A DNA stretch of 64,000 nt from Planctomycetota bacterium (GTDB lineage Bacteria; Planctomycetota; JAJSAM01; JAJVHW01): contig CBDFJG010000004.1 in the NCBI GenBank assembly GCA_965248445.1, positions 352,001 to 416,000 of the forward strand, in the 5' to 3' direction. The translations under genes and the position numbers were made by a program. Below the pieces are notes generated by a model, which saw nothing but the letters and a program-made list of their open reading frames with translations, was not told where the DNA came from and did not search any database. Positions 1 through 9,770 of this stretch are shown in pieces. Every line of letters starts with the position of its first letter. The stretch's first letter is position 1.

Positions 1-222
1 GACTTCGGCGACGTGCGCTTCAACCCGCAGGGCGAGCTCATCACCGAGCACGAGTGGACGAAGAACAACCCCGAGTGGCTGACCAGCCAGGCCGATCTCG
101 ACTTCGTCGCCGCGCAGATGCACCCGGTCTACGAGCGCGGCAAGATCGCCGACTGGATCGCGCCCCCGAAGAGGGGCATCAACGGCAACCTGTTCGACTT
201 CGAGTACGTTCGCAGGACTTAG
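1..222 (+). CDS. boxB: Benzoyl-CoA 2,3-epoxidase subunit BoxB, C-terminal part (runs off the left edge)
   Basis: The tail 'DFVAAQMHPVYERGKIADWIAPPKRGINGNLFDFEYVR' matches the BoxB C-terminal pattern (GKxAxWIAPPxxGINxxxxDFEYVR). The frame is open from base 1. Confidence 0.75.
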   Translation, partial: DFGDVRFNPQGELITEHEWTKNNPEWLTSQADLDFVAAQMHPVYERGKIADWIAPPKRGINGNLFDFEYVRRT

Positions 223-353
223 GCGTATCGAGCCTGGGACACTTGCGTCCGGCTCGCGGGTTGTGAGTGTGGGTTGGCGCCCGTCCTCCGTAGGGGGACA
301 GGTGCCTGCCGCCGTATCATGAGGGGTACGCCAGTCTGTCTCGGGTCACCACC

Positions 354-818
354 ATGAAGCTCGCCATTCCCGTCATCCTGATCGTCCTCGGCCTCGCCGG
401 GCTCATCTTCATGGGCATCGTCCAGGGCGGCGTGCCCGAGCTCCAGGTCACCGACGTCCTCGAGGGGGCGGCTCCGGACCGTGAGGTCAAGGTCCACGGG
501 CGCCTCGCCCGCATCGACTCGTCGCTGCGGCCGCTGCGCTTCGCCGTGGCCGACAAGGAGCACCCCGGTAAGACGATCGAGGTCATCTGCGACGCGACGC
601 GGCCGGACACGTTCCAGCTGACCTACGACGTCGCGGTGCAGGGCCGGTACGACGCCGACAAGGGCGTGTTCCGCGCCGACAAGGTGTTCACGAAGTGCCC
701 GTCGAAGTACGAGGCCGAGGACAAGCTGCGCTCACCGGACCAGTATGCGCCGGAGTCCGGGCCGAAGCCGCCGCTCGAGGACGCGCGCGCGCCGGCGGGC
801 GAAGACGAGGTCCGCTAG
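354..818 (+). CDS. ccmE: Cytochrome c maturation heme chaperone CcmE, CxxxY type
   Basis: N-terminal TM, OB-fold-like core 'PDTF...VAVQG...FRADKVFTKCPSKY'; lies directly upstream of ccmF. Confidence 0.92.
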   Translation: MKLAIPVILIVLGLAGLIFMGIVQGGVPELQVTDVLEGAAPDREVKVHGRLARIDSSLRPLRFAVADKEHPGKTIEVICDATRPDTFQLTYDVAVQGRYDADKGVFRADKVFTKCPSKYEAEDKLRSPDQYAPESGPKPPLEDARAPAGEDEVR

Positions 819-828
819 CCGGACGTAG

Positions 829-2916
829 ATGACCGACCTCGACTTCTTCGGCCGCGGTCTCGAGCGGGCGGGACTGGCGCTGGCCGTCGCGACGGTGGTG
901 CTCGGTCTCTGCGGCGCGTTCCTGCGCGACCGCCGCTTCGTCACGGCGTCGCGTCGCGCACTGATCGCAGGCGGTCTCGCCGCCGTCGGTGCCGCCGCGA
1001 TGCTCGTGCGCGCATTCTTCCTCGGCCAGTACGAGCTCGAGTACGTATTCGGGTACTCCGAGCGCAAACTCGACGGCGTCTACAAGTTCGCCGGGCTGTG
1101 GGCCGGGTTGCAGGGCTCGATCCTGTTCTGGACGATGCTGCTCGGCGTCATCGGGATCGTGCTGGCGTGGAGCTTCCGCAAGCGCGGCATGGATCCGTCG
1201 GGACGGCGGCTCGAACCGTACGTCTACGCCGTGTTCGCAGGCGTGCAGGTCTTCTTCTGGACCGTCATCTGCTTCGTCGAGGACCCGTTCACCCCGATGT
1301 CGGCCGACATGCTGGCGGGTCTCGGCAGCCAGGGCTTGCTCGTCAATGGCGTGCCCGGCGATGGCTCCGGCCTGACGCCGCTGCTCGAGAACTACTGGAT
1401 GACGATCCACCCGCCGAGCGTCTATCTCGGCTTTATTCTCTACACCGTGCCGTTCGCGTTCGGCATGGCGGCGCTGATGGCGGGCGAGTTCAGCTCGTAC
1501 TGGATACGAACCACGCGCCGGTGGACGCTCGTGGCGTGGCTCTTCAACACCAATGGCGTCGTGCTCGGCGGCCTGTGGGCGTACGAGGTGCTCGGATGGG
1601 GCGGCTACTGGGCCTGGGACCCGGTAGAGAACGCATCGTTCCTGCCGTGGCTGACGGGCACGGCGTTCCTGCACTCGGTGATGATCCAGGAGCGGCGCGA
1701 CATGCTCCGCGTGTGGAACTGCGTGCTCATCGCGACGACGTTCCTCCTCTCGATCTTCGGTACGTACCTGACCCGGTCGGGAATCGTCTCGTCGGTGCAC
1801 GCGTTCGCCGGGGGCGATGTCGGGGACTGGTTCCTCGGCTTCCTGTTCGTCATCGGCTTCATCTCCCTGTTCTTCATCGTGTTCCGCATGCAGCGTCTTC
1901 GGTCCGCGAACCGCATCGATTCGTTGCTGTCGCGTGAGGGCGTGTTCGTGCTGAACAACATGGTGCTCTGTGCGATCGCCGGTGCCATCGTCGTGCTCAC
2001 GCTCTGGCCGAAGATCTCGATGGAGTTCATGCGCAACCCGATCTCCGTAGGCGTGCCCGTCTACAACCAGGTCTGCACGCCGTTCTTCGTGCTCCTGCTG
2101 TTCCTGACCGCGATCGGACCGTCCACGGCGTGGGTGCGTACGTCGACGTCGCGGTTCTTCCGCAACCTGGCCTGGCCTGCCAGCGTCGCTTTGGTTCTGG
2201 CGGTTGCGACGCAGTATCTCGCCTACGTCGTGGTGCGCGGCGGCGACGGCGACGACCCGGTGACGATGCTCGATCACGTCTACCCGACGTTCATCGTGGC
2301 GTTCCTGGGCTGGTGGATCATCGCGTCGCTGTTCTGGGAGTTCCTGCGCACCACGAAGAACACGGCGCGGGGGTCGGGCGCACCGTGGTTCGCGTCGGCG
2401 GTCCGGGTGGTCACACGCAACAACCGGAGGTACGGCGGCTACGTCGTGCACTGCGGGCTGGCAGTTCTCGCGATCGGCGTGGTGTGCTCGTCCATGTACA
2501 AGGTCACGAAGGAGGTGCGCGTCAAGGAGGCCGGGAGCGCGCGGATCGGGCCGTACGTGCTGCACGTCGACGATGCCCGGAGAGATGTGCCCATCTCGGC
2601 GTACACGGCGACACAGGTGGACGTTCGGCTCACGCGCGACGGAACCGAGGTCGCGCAGATGTCACCGGAGCAGCGCTGGTATCCACCCACGGGCTACCGT
2701 GCACGAGGGGAGCCGATGACGACGGTCGAGATCCACCGTCGCGCGGGCGAGGACGTCTACGTCTACTTCCAGAACGCCCAGAGCGGCGGGTACGTCTTCA
2801 CGGTGTTCCGCAATCCGCTGATCTCGCTGGTGTGGATGGGCTGGTTGATCATGATCGCCGGCGGCCTGCTGGCCATGGCGCCCATGGGGCGGAAGAGAAT
2901 CGGCCTTGCGGAGTAG
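829..2916 (+). CDS. ccmF: Cytochrome c synthetase / heme lyase CcmF
   Basis: Multi-TM protein with 'IHPP', WWD domain 'WAYEVLGWGGYWAWDPVENASFLPWL', 'TRSGIVSSVHAFA'. Confidence 0.97.
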   Translation: MTDLDFFGRGLERAGLALAVATVVLGLCGAFLRDRRFVTASRRALIAGGLAAVGAAAMLVRAFFLGQYELEYVFGYSERKLDGVYKFAGLWAGLQGSILFWTMLLGVIGIVLAWSFRKRGMDPSGRRLEPYVYAVFAGVQVFFWTVICFVEDPFTPMSADMLAGLGSQGLLVNGVPGDGSGLTPLLENYWMTIHPPSVYLGFILYTVPFAFGMAALMAGEFSSYWIRTTRRWTLVAWLFNTNGVVLGGLWAYEVLGWGGYWAWDPVENASFLPWLTGTAFLHSVMIQERRDMLRVWNCVLIATTFLLSIFGTYLTRSGIVSSVHAFAGGDVGDWFLGFLFVIGFISLFFIVFRMQRLRSANRIDSLLSREGVFVLNNMVLCAIAGAIVVLTLWPKISMEFMRNPISVGVPVYNQVCTPFFVLLLFLTAIGPSTAWVRTSTSRFFRNLAWPASVALVLAVATQYLAYVVVRGGDGDDPVTMLDHVYPTFIVAFLGWWIIASLFWEFLRTTKNTARGSGAPWFASAVRVVTRNNRRYGGYVVHCGLAVLAIGVVCSSMYKVTKEVRVKEAGSARIGPYVLHVDDARRDVPISAYTATQVDVRLTRDGTEVAQMSPEQRWYPPTGYRARGEPMTTVEIHRRAGEDVYVYFQNAQSGGYVFTVFRNPLISLVWMGWLIMIAGGLLAMAPMGRKRIGLAE

Positions 2917-3424
2917 CGCGCAAGCCATCGTCGTGTTCGCACTGCTGGCAGCGCTCGCGGTGGCGGCGTTCGCGCAGGACGACAGCGGCGACGCCCACGC
3001 GGACGGCGGACGGATGCTGCTGACGGAACTGGATAGCGAGATGCGCCCCCGTGTGCGATCGCTCTGGTCTCGCGTCGTGTGCGCGTGCAAGCGGGAGAAC
3101 TGGTCTAGGTCGCTGCTGCACTGCCCTGACGGGTGCGCCGACCAGCAGAAGAACACGATCGCCACGCGCGTTTCCGAGGGCTGGGGCGACACGGAGATCC
3201 TGGCCGAGCAGCGGAACCGCCACGGACCCAAGGTGATCGGCGCGCCGGACAGCACCTCCACCTACCTGATGCCGTTCCTGGTCCTCGCGGCCGCCGGAGT
3301 CCTCGCAGTGTTGACGCTACTGCACATGCGAGGCAAGCCGTCCACGGCGTCGAAGACCAAGGCCTCGGATGCGAGCGACGACGAGGTCTCCGCCGTGCTG
3401 CGTGAGCTCGAGGAGATCGACTGA
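2906..3424 (+). CDS. ccmH: CcmH/CcmL-like cytochrome c biogenesis protein
   Basis: Signal peptide, Cys-rich 'CAC...SLLHCPDGCA', 'EGWGDTEIL...HGPKVIGAP', C-terminal TM; follows ccmF. Confidence 0.75.
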   Translation: MRSSAQAIVVFALLAALAVAAFAQDDSGDAHADGGRMLLTELDSEMRPRVRSLWSRVVCACKRENWSRSLLHCPDGCADQQKNTIATRVSEGWGDTEILAEQRNRHGPKVIGAPDSTSTYLMPFLVLAAAGVLAVLTLLHMRGKPSTASKTKASDASDDEVSAVLRELEEID

Positions 3425-3425
3425 G

Positions 3426-3740
3426 GTGTGGATCGCGTTCCTGCTGGTGTTCGTGCTCGGCGTGCTCGCGTTCATCGTGACGCCGCTCTTCCGTCCCGCG
3501 GAGTCATGGGAAGTGCCGGGGAAGCAGAGCGAGCTCGACCGGCTGCTGGACGAGAAGGCGCGCACGCTGCGCACGCTCAAGGACCTGGCGTCCGAGTTTC
3601 GCGCGGAGCTGATGGACGAGGCGTCGTATGACGCCGCTCGGCAGGAGTACATCCATGATGCGGTGGAGCTGAACCGCGACATCGCGAAGCTGACGGGCAC
3701 CGACCCGTCGCGCATGCAGGACGAGGGCATCTCGACGTGA
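3426..3740 (+). CDS. Short CcmI N-terminal-like membrane protein
   Basis: GTG at 3426; TM followed by 'LRTLKDLASEFRAELMDEASYDAARQEY', typical of the CcmI N-terminal helix; inside the ccm operon. Confidence 0.65.
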   Translation: MWIAFLLVFVLGVLAFIVTPLFRPAESWEVPGKQSELDRLLDEKARTLRTLKDLASEFRAELMDEASYDAARQEYIHDAVELNRDIAKLTGTDPSRMQDEGIST

Positions 3741-5137
3741 GGAAGATCCTCGCTGCGACGCTCGGTTGCGCCCTGATGGGGGCACTCGCCGTGCCGGTGT
3801 GCGCGCAGGACGGCGATCCGCCGCCGCCGTCTTTCGAGAGGGACGTTGTCGACACCAACGATGGTGACCTCGTCGTCGACGCACGGGCAGTCGACTTCTC
3901 GACGATGCTCGGCGCTTCTCATGGGGCGGGCGGCAGTGCTCCCGTGGACGTGCCGATCCCCGACGCTCTCGTGCGCGTGCTCACTCGTGCACCGGGTGCC
4001 GAGATGCAGACCGTCGAGAGCCGAACAGACGCGGACGGGTTCTTCCATGCTGTGATTCCAGCGCCGGCACCAGGCGCGATCGTCGAGTTCCTGATCTTCC
4101 CGGGAGAGGACGGGGAGGAACAGGAGGGGTTCTACGCGCGGCCCTGGACCGTGGACGACGGCCCGCCGCCCACGGCCATGCGCTGCTATCGAGTCACACT
4201 CGACCCGAGCGTTCTGCGCATCGTGATGATGAACCAGGTGCTCACGACGCTCGACAAGAGCGACGGGCGTGTGGCACATCTGCGCACGATCGCCACGGTT
4301 CGAAATCTCGACTTCGACTTCCGCGTGTTTTTCGGATTCGGAGACGGCGTGGAGGGCGGCGCGCCCGTCTCCATTCCGCTCCCGCACGGGTTCGATCTCA
4401 AGACCGCATTGGTGAATGACGCGCAGACAGAGCCGCAGACTGCCGGCGGGCCGCACGGCGGCAACTCCTTCGTCTTCCAGGGCGCCGTGTTCCCGAGCAT
4501 CCCCGAGATCGATCCGGGCGTGTCCGTGCACCTCGTCGCCACCGCGCCACTCGACAGCAGCTCGAAGTACGACTTCTCGTTCCACCCGGAGCTCGCGGTT
4601 TCGCGGTACATGCTGAACGTCGAAGAGTCGGCGTTCCACGTGACGCTGCCCGAGGACGCGACCGTCACGATCTACGACGCCGGTGTGAACCCGCCTATGG
4701 GTGCGCAGCAGCGGATCACGCGCACATTCGCCGTCGAGGGTCTGCCCGCGCACGCCGACGTGCGTATCACCGTCCACGAGGGCGCGCCGTTCCCGAAGAA
4801 GGCGGTTCTGTGGACCGCCATCATTGGGCTGACGGTGCTCGCCGGGGTCTTCCTGGGTCTCGCCGCCCGCCGGGCCGCCGCGGGTCGCGCCGAGCGAGCC
4901 GACGCGGTGGCATCCAGCACGCCGCGGACAGAGCTCGACCGCCAGCTCGAGCGCGGAGAGATCACGTCCGTGGAGCACGGCATTCGCGCTCGGGCACTTC
5001 CTGCGGCCGTGCCGGCGGGAGTTGCGGCCACCCTTGCCGGCATCGAGAGTCGTGCCGACGAGTCGTCGGAGGCGCAATTGCGTGATGACGTTCGCACGTT
5101 GGCGCGAGTCCTGCGCGACCTGCTGGAAGGACGATGA
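3737..5137 (+). CDS. Hypothetical exported protein with C-terminal membrane anchor, inside the ccm operon
   Basis: Signal peptide, beta-rich periplasmic region, TM near residue 360, CcmI-like tail 'LERGEITSVEH'; 4-nt overlaps with both neighbours. Confidence 0.75.
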   Translation: MRKILAATLGCALMGALAVPVCAQDGDPPPPSFERDVVDTNDGDLVVDARAVDFSTMLGASHGAGGSAPVDVPIPDALVRVLTRAPGAEMQTVESRTDADGFFHAVIPAPAPGAIVEFLIFPGEDGEEQEGFYARPWTVDDGPPPTAMRCYRVTLDPSVLRIVMMNQVLTTLDKSDGRVAHLRTIATVRNLDFDFRVFFGFGDGVEGGAPVSIPLPHGFDLKTALVNDAQTEPQTAGGPHGGNSFVFQGAVFPSIPEIDPGVSVHLVATAPLDSSSKYDFSFHPELAVSRYMLNVEESAFHVTLPEDATVTIYDAGVNPPMGAQQRITRTFAVEGLPAHADVRITVHEGAPFPKKAVLWTAIIGLTVLAGVFLGLAARRAAAGRAERADAVASSTPRTELDRQLERGEITSVEHGIRARALPAAVPAGVAATLAGIESRADESSEAQLRDDVRTLARVLRDLLEGR

Positions 5138-5826
5138 GCACGGCCGCGGTTTCCGTCCGCGCGCTCTGGAAGCGCTTCGGCCACCGCGATGCGCTGTCGA
5201 GTGTGACGTTCGAGGCGCCCGTCGGCACCTGTACCGCGGTGCTCGGACCCAACGGTTCCGGCAAGACGACGCTCCTGCGAATCGTGGCGACCCTGGCGAG
5301 TGCAAACGAGGGTGATGTCTCGGTGCTCGGCCGCGCACTCCCCGCCGAGGCGCTGGCCGTCCGTGCGAACATCGGTGTGGTCCTGCGTCGCACACTGCTT
5401 CCCGGCGCGATGCGCCTGGGGGATGCGCTCCGACTGCACGCGGATCTCTTCGGCGTCCGCGATGCGCCGTCGCGCATCTCGACGCTGCTGGATCGCGCCG
5501 GTATTGCCACACGAGAGCGGGACCCGGTGCGCACGCTCTCCCGCGGCATGGCGCAGCGCGCCTCTCTCTGTCGTGCGCTGCTGCACGACCCCGAGTTGCT
5601 TCTGCTCGACGAGCCCTACACCGGACTCGATGTCGGCGCGTCGGACGTCGTGGACGAGATCGTGCGGGAGCGCGTTGCGGCGGGAAACAGCGTGCTGCTC
5701 GTGACGCACGATCTCGAGCGCGCCGCGGACCTTGCCTCCCACGCGGTGGTGCTGGATCGCGGCCGCGTCGTCTACGTCGGGAACCCGAAGAACGCGGCGG
5801 TGTCGGCAGCCGAGGCCGCTGCGTGA
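5134..5826 (+). CDS. ccmA: Heme ABC exporter ATP-binding protein CcmA
   Basis: Walker A GPNGSGKT, signature LSRGM, Walker B LLLLDEP, H-loop; precedes ccmB and ccmC. Confidence 0.92.
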   Translation: MSTAAVSVRALWKRFGHRDALSSVTFEAPVGTCTAVLGPNGSGKTTLLRIVATLASANEGDVSVLGRALPAEALAVRANIGVVLRRTLLPGAMRLGDALRLHADLFGVRDAPSRISTLLDRAGIATRERDPVRTLSRGMAQRASLCRALLHDPELLLLDEPYTGLDVGASDVVDEIVRERVAAGNSVLLVTHDLERAADLASHAVVLDRGRVVYVGNPKNAAVSAAEAAA

Positions 5827-6521
5827 GCGCACCGACGTCCCTGGCCGCCTACGGCTCGCTGGTCTGCTGGGACTGGCGCCGCGAGATGCTGCGCAAGAAC
5901 ACGCTGCTCGCCATGGGGATGATGGGTCTGATCACGCTGTTCCTGTTCTCGTTCGCGATGCCCACCAGCGAAGCCGTCCTGGCCGAGACGCGCGCGGGCA
6001 TCCTCTGGGTCACGTTCCTGCTGGCCGCCACGATCGGCATCGACCGTGCGTTCCGCGACGACGGCGTCGACGGCCTGCTCGAGGGCCTCCTGCTCGCGCC
6101 CATCGCGCGCCCCGTCCTCTACTACGCGAAGGTGACGTCCACGTTCACGTTCGTCGTCGCCCTGCAGGTCGTCCTCCTCGTGCTGTTCCTGGTCTTGTTC
6201 GACCAGAGCGTCGGAGGCGCACAGCTGGCGGGCCTGGCTGGTGCGGCGCTCGCAGTCGATCTCGCTTTCGTCGCAGCGGGCGTGCTCGTCGGCGCCATGA
6301 CGTGGTCGCTGCCGGGCGGAGATGTGCTGCTGCGCATCCTCCTCTTCCCGCTGCTCTTGCCGGTGTTTGCGATCGCGGTGGGAATCGCTGATCGCGCGTT
6401 CGACGGCGAGGTTCCCACGCTGAGCCAGATCGGCACGCTCGTGGCCGTGGATCTCGTCTTCCTGGGTGCGGGGCACCTGCTGTTCGAACATCTCGTGCAC
6501 GACGTGGGGAGCGACGCATGA
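5823..6521 (+). CDS. ccmB: Heme exporter membrane protein CcmB
   Basis: About 6 TM; 'F(R)DDGVDGLLEGLLLAP', 'LLRILLFPLLLPV'. Confidence 0.9.
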   Translation: MSAPTSLAAYGSLVCWDWRREMLRKNTLLAMGMMGLITLFLFSFAMPTSEAVLAETRAGILWVTFLLAATIGIDRAFRDDGVDGLLEGLLLAPIARPVLYYAKVTSTFTFVVALQVVLLVLFLVLFDQSVGGAQLAGLAGAALAVDLAFVAAGVLVGAMTWSLPGGDVLLRILLFPLLLPVFAIAVGIADRAFDGEVPTLSQIGTLVAVDLVFLGAGHLLFEHLVHDVGSDA

Positions 6522-7267
6522 GCGCGGACAGCAGCAAAGAGGGCGCGTTCCCGTTTGTCGGGGGCTTCCCTGCGCGCGGGTTCGCGGTCCACGCTGTGCT
6601 CGCGCTGCTGATGCTGCTCGCCTTGAACTCTCTGGTGGCGACGTACGTCCCGTTCTGGATCAAGGGCATTGGCGCGTCGTACCTGATCTTCTTCTATCAC
6701 TTCCCCGCGGCGATCAATGTCTTCGTGTTCTACGGCGCGGTGGCCGGCGCGAGCGCGCTGTACCTGAAGACGCGCAACCCCGTCTGGGACGTGCGCGCGC
6801 GCGCGGCCGCGGGAGTTGGAGTGCTTGCCAATGCCGTGCTCCTCCTGACCGGTTCGACGTGGGCGAAGGCCGCCTGGAATCAGTGGTGGATCTGGGACGA
6901 CCCGCGGCTGATGAGCGCAGCCGTCATGTCGCTGACCTACGTCGGGTACCTGTTCCTGCACGGCGCCTTCGACGACCACGACCGGCGCCGCCAGGTCGCG
7001 GCAGTGTTCGGCGTCATCGCGTTCATCAACGTGCCGATCGTCCACTTCGCGATCAAGTGGTTCGGTGTGACGAACCACCCGCTCAAGTTCGACGGCCTGT
7101 CGTCGGACATGACGATCGTGCAGACCCGCTGGTACGGCGTCGTCGCGTTCTTCGTCTTCTACCTGCTTCTCTACCGCCTGGCCTTCGACCGCAAGTCGGT
7201 CGCCGATCGCACGGAGGCGGCACTGGCGCGCGTCCGGCGCGTCGAGGAATCCGGAGGAACCCGATGA
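6518..7267 (+). CDS. ccmC: Heme exporter protein CcmC
   Basis: 'IFFYHFPAA', WWD motif 'TGSTWAKAAWNQWWIWDDPRL', 'NVPIVHFAIKW...HP'. Confidence 0.95.
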   Translation: MSADSSKEGAFPFVGGFPARGFAVHAVLALLMLLALNSLVATYVPFWIKGIGASYLIFFYHFPAAINVFVFYGAVAGASALYLKTRNPVWDVRARAAAGVGVLANAVLLLTGSTWAKAAWNQWWIWDDPRLMSAAVMSLTYVGYLFLHGAFDDHDRRRQVAAVFGVIAFINVPIVHFAIKWFGVTNHPLKFDGLSSDMTIVQTRWYGVVAFFVFYLLLYRLAFDRKSVADRTEAALARVRRVEESGGTR

Positions 7268-7497
7268 GCCGACCGATCGCCGCTGTTCTCCTCCTGCTCC
7301 TCGCCGCGCCTGCTCTGGCCCAGGACGGCAGCGAGCCACCGGTCAGTGACTACCGCGGGGCGGTCTACACCGCGTGCTCGCTGGTGTTCGCCGCGATCCT
7401 GATCTACCTGATTCTCGCGCACCGCAGTGCGGCCCGCGCGGCCAGTGATCTGGCGCACCTCGAACGCCGCGTCGCTGCACTGGACGAGCGCGGCTAG
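7264..7497 (+). CDS. ccmD: CcmD-like small membrane protein
   Basis: ATG overlaps the ccmC stop; 'AVYTACSLVFAAILIYL' TM followed by a charged helix; positional ccmD equivalent. Confidence 0.65.
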   Translation: MSRPIAAVLLLLLAAPALAQDGSEPPVSDYRGAVYTACSLVFAAILIYLILAHRSAARAASDLAHLERRVAALDERG

Positions 7498-8057
7498 GCG
7501 CGGGAGTCCCAGGTCACGTCCTCGACGCCCTTGTCCGCGTTCTCGGTGCGGCACGCCACGAACAGCAGGTCCGACAGACGGTTGACGTAGGCAACGGTGT
7601 AGGACCCGACCTGCTCCTCACGCGCGAGCGTCACGAGGAGACGCTCCGCCCGCCGACAGATCGTGCGGGCCAGGTGCAGGCGCGCCGCACCCTCGCTGCC
7701 GCCCGGCAGGATGAAGTTCGAGAGCGGCTCCAGGTCCTCTTGCAGCCCGTCGATGTCCGCCTCGAGCGCCGTGACGTGCCGCTCCTCTATCTGCGGCACG
7801 GGCATCTTGTCCTTGTCCTCTTCGAGCACGCACAGGTCGGAGCCGAGGTGGAACAACTCGTTCTGCACACGCCGGAACGTCGCGTCGAGGACCCCGGCAA
7901 GTCCGGCAGCCAGCGCCACTCCGAGCGCGGAGTTCAGTTCGTCCACCGTGCCGTAGCACGCGATGCGGAGCGCGTCCTTGGCGAGGCGCTGACCGCCGCC
8001 GAGCGCCGTCGTCCCGTCGTCACCCGTGCGGGTGTAGACCTTCGTGATGCGTGGCAT
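7494..8057 (-). CDS. ATP:cob(I)alamin adenosyltransferase, PduO type
   Basis: 'KVYTRTGDDGTT', 'YGTVDELNS', 'FILPGG', 'ARTICRRAER', 'YVNRLSDLLF'. Confidence 0.95.
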   Translation of the reverse strand: MPRITKVYTRTGDDGTTALGGGQRLAKDALRIACYGTVDELNSALGVALAAGLAGVLDATFRRVQNELFHLGSDLCVLEEDKDKMPVPQIEERHVTALEADIDGLQEDLEPLSNFILPGGSEGAARLHLARTICRRAERLLVTLAREEQVGSYTVAYVNRLSDLLFVACRTENADKGVEDVTWDSRA

Positions 8058-8119
8058 GCAGGAAGGCTACGCGACCCGCGCGCCCGGGTCGCGGTCTCCG
8101 GATCGCGTATCCTCTGACC

Positions 8120-9223
8120 ATGCGTGGAGGGCGCCTGCTTGTCGTGTTGCTGATCGTCGGGGTCGTGTGCGCGTCGGTCTGGGCCGGGGTGCTGGTGCTC
8201 TCCGGTGGTGGCGAGGACGCGGACGGCGAGGCGCAGGCTCCTGACGTTGCGGGGATCGAACGCGGCGGAGAGGTACTGAGTGACGGACCGTCGGACGAGC
8301 ACGCTCGTGACAACGAGCGGGTCGTGTCCCCGGTCCGGCCGCCCGCGGCAGGCGAAGGGCCGGAGCGTGAGCGCGAGCGCGTCGATCCAACGCGCGGTTG
8401 GCGCACGGCGCGCGCGCAGTTGCAGGATGCCGCGTGGTGGGCATCGGCGTCGAGCGCGGACCGGCGGGAGGTCGCCGAGGTGATCGAGGCGCGCGCGACC
8501 GGCTTCGCATTCCAGGCCGTCCGGACCTACGAGAGCGGCGATCAGAAGCATGCGGTCGCCGTGTTCAAGCACGCCCGAAGCCGGATGGAGTTCGTGCTGC
8601 TAGCCGGCGGCACGTTCCAGATGGGCTCGCCGACCGACGAACCCGGCCATCAGTCGGACGAGACGCAGCACGACGTGACGCTCTCGCCGTTCCTCATCGC
8701 GCGCACCGAGGTGCCGCAGCGTGCGTGGGCCCGTGAGTTCAAGATCGTGCCGTCGCGGTGGGACGGGGACAACCTGCCGGTCGAGGGCGTGAAGTGGGGG
8801 CAGGCACAGCGCTACTGCGAACGCGTGGGACTCTCGCTGCCCACGGAGGCGCAGTGGGAGTACGCGTGCCGCGGCGGCGAAGCCGGCCCGTGGTCGTTCG
8901 GCGGAGACGTACGAAAGCTCGGCGACCACGCCTGGTTCAACAAGAACGGAGGCAGTCGGACGCACCGGGTCGGCAAGAAGCGCCCCAACGCGTATGGACT
9001 CCACGACATGCACGGCAACGTCTGGGAGTGGTGCCTCGATCGCCACGCGATCCTGCCGTTCGAGCCGCAGACTGATCCGATCGGTCCGGCCGAGGGCTCA
9101 GCGTGGGTCATCAAGGGCGGCAGCTACTGGGACGGGGACACCGGCACCCGCTCCGCCCGTCGGCTGGGCTGGAACGTGTCGCAGCAGAACGTGGGTTTCC
9201 GCCCGGTTCTCAGATTGGACTGA
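8120..9223 (+). CDS. Membrane-anchored FGE-sulfatase (SUMF1-like) domain protein
   Basis: N-terminal TM; 'FQMGS', 'LPTEAQWEYACRG', 'PNAYGLHDMHGNVWEWC', 'GFR'. The catalytic FGE cysteines are absent. Confidence 0.9.
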   Translation: MRGGRLLVVLLIVGVVCASVWAGVLVLSGGGEDADGEAQAPDVAGIERGGEVLSDGPSDEHARDNERVVSPVRPPAAGEGPERERERVDPTRGWRTARAQLQDAAWWASASSADRREVAEVIEARATGFAFQAVRTYESGDQKHAVAVFKHARSRMEFVLLAGGTFQMGSPTDEPGHQSDETQHDVTLSPFLIARTEVPQRAWAREFKIVPSRWDGDNLPVEGVKWGQAQRYCERVGLSLPTEAQWEYACRGGEAGPWSFGGDVRKLGDHAWFNKNGGSRTHRVGKKRPNAYGLHDMHGNVWEWCLDRHAILPFEPQTDPIGPAEGSAWVIKGGSYWDGDTGTRSARRLGWNVSQQNVGFRPVLRLD

Positions 9224-9770
9224 TAACGGTCCGGCGCGGCGCCGCGTCTCTTCCTGGGGCGGCGTATGGAGCGCTCGCCTCGGCGAACCGTGACGATTGC
9301 ATACCACCCAGGCGTTGACCCCGTCCGCCCGCTCGGGCACGGTCGTACTGTGGACGGAGACCGGAACGTGAGCCCACCGCGCGCAGAGGCGCCCGGGGTC
9401 TGGCTGGCGGCTTGGCAGCGAGGGGACCGGGACGCGTTCGAGCGGCTCCACGCGCACTACGCCCGCATGGTCCACGCCGTGGTTCTCGCCCGCGTCCCCG
9501 CGAGCGACGCCGAGGATGTCGTCCAGGACGTCTTCATGAAGGCGCTGCGATCGCTCGCAGGAGTGCGTGACGCGAAAGCCGTCGGCCCGTGGCTGTGCCG
9601 CGTCGCGCGCAACGCCGCGACCGACTTCATGCGCCGCCGGCGCCCGACCGAGGTGCTGCCTCCCGAGATTGCGCGCACGGCGCCGCCGACGGCCGAGGCA
9701 CGCGAGGCGCTCGCAGCGGTGCGCGCGCTGCCCGAAACGTACCGCGCGACGCTGCTGATGCGGCTCGTGG

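Noticed and set aside
228..310. Two hairpins between boxB and ccmE as a riboswitch
   Set aside because: No recognisable aptamer consensus; compatible with terminator-like or REP-like stems.
8120..9223. FGE/C-type-lectin-fold gene as a DGR target or active formylglycine-generating enzyme
   Set aside because: No reverse transcriptase or template repeat was seen in the window, and the catalytic cysteines are absent.
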